DNA of 64,000 bases, taken from contig CAYUKZ010000002.1 in NCBI GenBank assembly GCA_964445515.1, forward strand, positions 18,655-82,654, read 5' to 3'. This document shows positions 56,533 through 64,000 of the stretch, in pieces. Each line of letters opens with the position of its first letter. Positions within the stretch are counted from its first letter, which is position 1. Source of the stretch: an uncultured Mycoplasma sp. GTDB taxonomy: Bacteria; Bacillota_I; Bacilli_A; Mycoplasmatales; Hepatoplasmataceae. The translations under genes and the position numbers were made by a program. Under the pieces are notes generated by a model. The model did not search any database. It saw only the letters and a list, made by a program, of their open reading frames with translations, and was not told the DNA's origin.

Positions 56533-56563
56533 AAGAGGATAACAAAAGTTTATCTCTCTTTTT
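56533..56563 (+). terminator. rho-independent terminator (bulged stem) after rplL
   Basis: GAGGATAA-CAAAAGT-TTATC(T)CTC followed by T5. Confidence 0.55.
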
Positions 56564-56597
56564 GCTATTTATTAGCACTATTCTAAAAGGAGAATAA

Positions 56598-59500
56598 ATG
56601 GACTATAAAAAGAAAAAATTCGGGATAGGTACTGAACGTATTAACTTCCAGAAGACAGAGGCAGATTTAGAAGTTCCAGATTTACTGGAAATTCAAACGC
56701 ATGCTTTCGAAGAATTCATTACAAATGGAATCGACGAAGTATTCAATGAAATCTACCCAATCGCTTCTAAGAAGTTAAAAGTTGAATTCCTTGAAAAGAA
56801 ATTACATATGCCTAAATCTGAAGAAGAAGCTGTAGAAGAAGCTAGAAACAAAGGAGCTAACTTCTCAGCTAAACTTGAGGCTAAATTTAGAATTACAAAT
56901 TTAGAAACAGGGGCAAAAGTTTCAGAAGACAAAGCAGTTATTGCTTATTTACCTTTAATGACTAAAGGTGGGTCTTTCATAATCAATGGATCAGAAAGAG
57001 TTATTATCTCTCAGATCGTTAGAGCACCAGGTGTTTACTTTGAGAACATGAAAGCTTCTAGAACTCAATCTGCATCAGATGCAGCAGTTTTCAAATTAGC
57101 ATCAATCATACCTTCTAGAGGAGCATGATTAGAATTTGATTACAAAGATTACAAGCTTTTAGGACAAGATCCTTCAGATATCAAGTTAAGACTTGATAAG
57201 TCTAAGAAAATTAAAGCAGCACAGCTATTCTTAGCACTAGGATTAAACAAAGAACAATTAGTTGAATTATATGGTTCACACGAATTGCTTCTTGAAACAA
57301 TTTCTAAGTTAGATAAAATTAAAGCTGAAACAAAAGAAATTGAAAAAGTTTTAGTTAACTTAGATAAGAAAGCAGAACTTGAAAATATTCCTTCAAACAT
57401 CATTAAAAATGAAGAAGGAACAATCGATTTCGATTCTGAAGAAAACATTAAACTTGCAAAAGATTGAATGGCTTCAGATATCGCTAGAAGAGAAATTTTC
57501 AAAATTCTAAATCCAGGTGATAGACCAACACCTGAACAAGTTAATGGATGATTATCAAACATCTTCTTCAACAAGAAGAGATATGATTTATCTAAAACAG
57601 GTAGATATAAAACAAATGACAAACTTTCACCATTCACAAGAATAGTTGGAAGATTTGCAGCCGAAGACATTAAAGTTGGAGGTAAAGTTATAATCCCTGC
57701 TGACACAGAAATTACTTTTGAATTAGCAGAGAAAATCCAAAAGGCACACGTTGACGGAAAACTAGATGCAACTCAATTAACAATCGATCCTGAAATCTTA
57801 GGTTTCATGAAAGAAGACTTAATTAAGGATGAGAAAACTCTTAAAGAGTTCACTCAAGTATCAGTAGTTAAAGTTTACGCTGACCCTAACTACAAACTTG
57901 CTATCAAGCAAGGAATTGAACCATTAGTTTCTAATGTTATTATGAACTTTAGAACAAACTATGAGTTCTTAACAATCTCAGATATACTTGCATCATTCGG
58001 ATACATGTTCAATATTGAAGATGAATTACATACATACGATGATATTGATTCACTATCAAACAGAATGATCAGAACAATCAATGATTTATTAAAAAACCAA
58101 TTAAGAATTGGATTAACAAGAATTGAAAGAACAATATCAGAGAAGATTAAAGCTAAAGATATTTCTGGAATTACAGTTAAATCAATAGCAAATACTAAGT
58201 TGATGGAATCTGCATTAAAAGAATTCTTCAACTCATCACAACTATCTCAATTCATGGATCAAATTAACCCATTAGCTGAGGTAGCTAACAAGAGAAGACT
58301 TACTTCATTAGGACCTGGTGGTCTTTCAAGAGATACAGCTTCACTAGTTGTTCGTGGTATTCACGATACACACTACGGAAGAATCTGTCCAATTGAAACA
58401 CCTGAGGGACCAAACATCGGTCTTATCTTAAACCAAGCAATTTACTCAAGAGTAAATGAGTTTGGAATACTTGAAACACCTTACTACAAGGTTGAAGAAG
58501 GTAAAGTAATTAGAAAACCAATTTACTTAACAGCTTCAGATGAAGTTAAAAAAGTAATTTCACCAGCTAACGTTAAGATAGTTGATGGAGTAATCAAGCA
58601 AAAAGAAATTATTGCTAGATTAAATGGAGCATTCGTTTCAGTTAAACCTGAAGAAGTTAATTACATTGATGTTTCAACAAAACAAACTGTGTCTATTGCT
58701 ACAGCACACATCCCATTCTTAGAGAACGATGATGCCAACCGTGCACTTATGGGTGCCAACATGCAAAGACAAGCTGTTCCACTAATTAAAGCAGAAGCAC
58801 CTATTGTTGCTACTGGAGCGGAAGAGTTTTCAGGTAAAGCTGCACCAACAACTGTTAAAGCAGATGAAGCTGGTGAAGTAATTGAATCATCATCAAAGAA
58901 AATTGTTATCGTTGGAGATAATAGAACTACATATAACTTAAAGAAATTTGTTAGATCTAACCAAGGATTCTCAATTAACCAAATCCCAAGAGTTAAAGTT
59001 GGGGAAAAAGTTAAAGCAGGACAAGTTATTGCTGATGGACCATCAGTTGATAATGGAGAACTTGCTATCGGTAAGAACGTAGTTGTTGCCTTCACTACTT
59101 GAAGAGGATACAACTATGAAGATGCCATTATTATTTCTGAAAGACTTTCAAAAGAAGATGTTTATACATCAATTCATATTGAAGAGCATACAATTGAACA
59201 AAGAACAACTAAATTAGGTGCTGAAACAATTACAGCTGAAATTCCAAATGCTTCAAAAGAGTCATTAAGACACTTAGGTGAAGATGGAATCATCACTATT
59301 GGTTCAAAAGTTAAAGTTGGAGATGTTCTAGTTGGTAAAATAACTCCTAAATCAGATGAAGATTTATCTGCAGCTGAAAAGTTATTAGACTCACTATTAG
59401 GAAATAAAACAAAAAACACTAGAGATAGTTCAATGAGAGTTCCACACTCATCAGAAGGTATTGTTCAAGACATTAAAATACTTTCAAGAGAGAATGGAGA

Positions 59501-60281
59501 CAAATTAAACGATGGTGTTGAAAAAATAATCAAAGTTTATATCGCTCAAAAACGTAAGTTAAGAGAAGGAGATAAAATGTCAGGACGTCATGGAAACAAA
59601 GGTGTTGTTTCTAAGGTTCTTCCAGTTGAAGATATGCCATATCTTGAAGATGGAACACCAGTTGATGTAATGCTTAACCCACTTGGGGTTCCTTCTCGTA
59701 TGAACGTTGGACAAGTGTTAGAGATTCATTTAGGAATGGCTGCCAAGAGATTAGGTCTTAAAGTTGCAACACCAATTTTTGATGGAGCAAACCAAGAAGA
59801 CATTAAGAAAATGTTCAAGGAAGCAGGAATGAAAGAATCAGGTAAGTTTACACTTACAGACGGAATTACTGGTGAGAAGTTCGAAGATGACATTGCAGTT
59901 GGTGTAATGTACATGCTTAAACTTTCACACATGATTGATGATAAAATGCATGGTAGATCAATTGGGCCATACTCATTAATCACACAACAACCATTAAGAG
60001 GTAAAGCTAATAATGGTGGACAAAGATTTGGAGAGATGGAAGCATGAGCTATTGAAGCTTATGGTGCTGCGAACTTACTTCAAGAAATGATTACACTTAA
60101 ATCTGATGATATTAAGGGTAGAAATGAACTTTATAACTCAATAGCTAAAGGTGGACATATGCCAACTCCTTCAATTCCTGAAGGATTCTGAGTTCTATTC
60201 TATGAACTAAGAGGTCTAGGTCTTAAGTTAGGGTTCCTTGATGAAGAAAATGAAGATGTTGAAATTGATAACAACTTATAG
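56598..60281 (+). CDS. rpoB: DNA-directed RNA polymerase subunit beta
   Basis: Five track ORFs in one frame, joins at 57126, 57465, 59100 and 60045 checked. Motifs [52 protein letters not shown]. Confidence 0.95.
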
Positions 60282-60299
60282 GAGATTGAAATAGAAATT

Positions 60300-64000
<3,701 letters not shown>

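Overview
Low-GC chromosome segment of Mollicutes type. It only makes sense with genetic code 4 (TGA=Trp). Almost every housekeeping gene is split at TGA in the supplied standard-code ORF track and becomes one continuous frame when TGA is read through. I checked the joins codon by codon for the largest genes. About 60 genes are tightly packed, and all but four are on the + strand. In order: hpt', ftsH, a coaD-gmk fusion, a PP2C phosphatase/Hanks kinase pair, purB, rsmE, rpmJ-rpsM-rpsK-rpoA-rplQ, a 10.4-kb three-gene surface-protein operon, rluD, an RNase J-like gene, ftsK, trx, cmk, der, gpsA, hup, a YugP-type peptidase, dnaD-like, recU(-), dprA-like, topA, rpsB, tsf, pyrH, frr, cdsA, a tRNA-Tyr/Gln/Lys/Leu cluster, an APH/choline-kinase-like gene(-), a GntR regulator, gapA, gpmI, rnhC-like(-), acpS, plsC, pdp, scpA, scpB, rluB, purA, tatD, rplK-rplA-rplJ-rplL, rpoB, rpoC'. 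I saw no rRNA, CRISPR array, transposase or integrase. Rho-independent terminators are frequent, and four are shared by convergent genes. The clear outlier is 10.7-21.4 kb. A 23-nt poly(A) tract, flanked by an 8-nt inverted repeat, lies just upstream of a promoter-like -10 box. Behind it sit three co-oriented genes for very large, non-lipoprotein, membrane-anchored proteins. These are built from about 20 divergent FN3/Ig-like beta-sandwich modules and two RCC1-like seven-blade propellers. This is the best candidate for an undescribed, possibly phase-variable, surface or host-interaction system. Secondary curiosities are an RNase J homologue with all metal-ligand motifs replaced, a CoaD-Gmk fusion, ribosomal protein S2 with a ~200-aa repeat plus helix-hairpin-helix extension, terminator-containing leaders before rplK and rpmJ, and an untracked 55-aa zinc-ribbon ORF. 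All domain calls come from motif reading by eye, with no database search.
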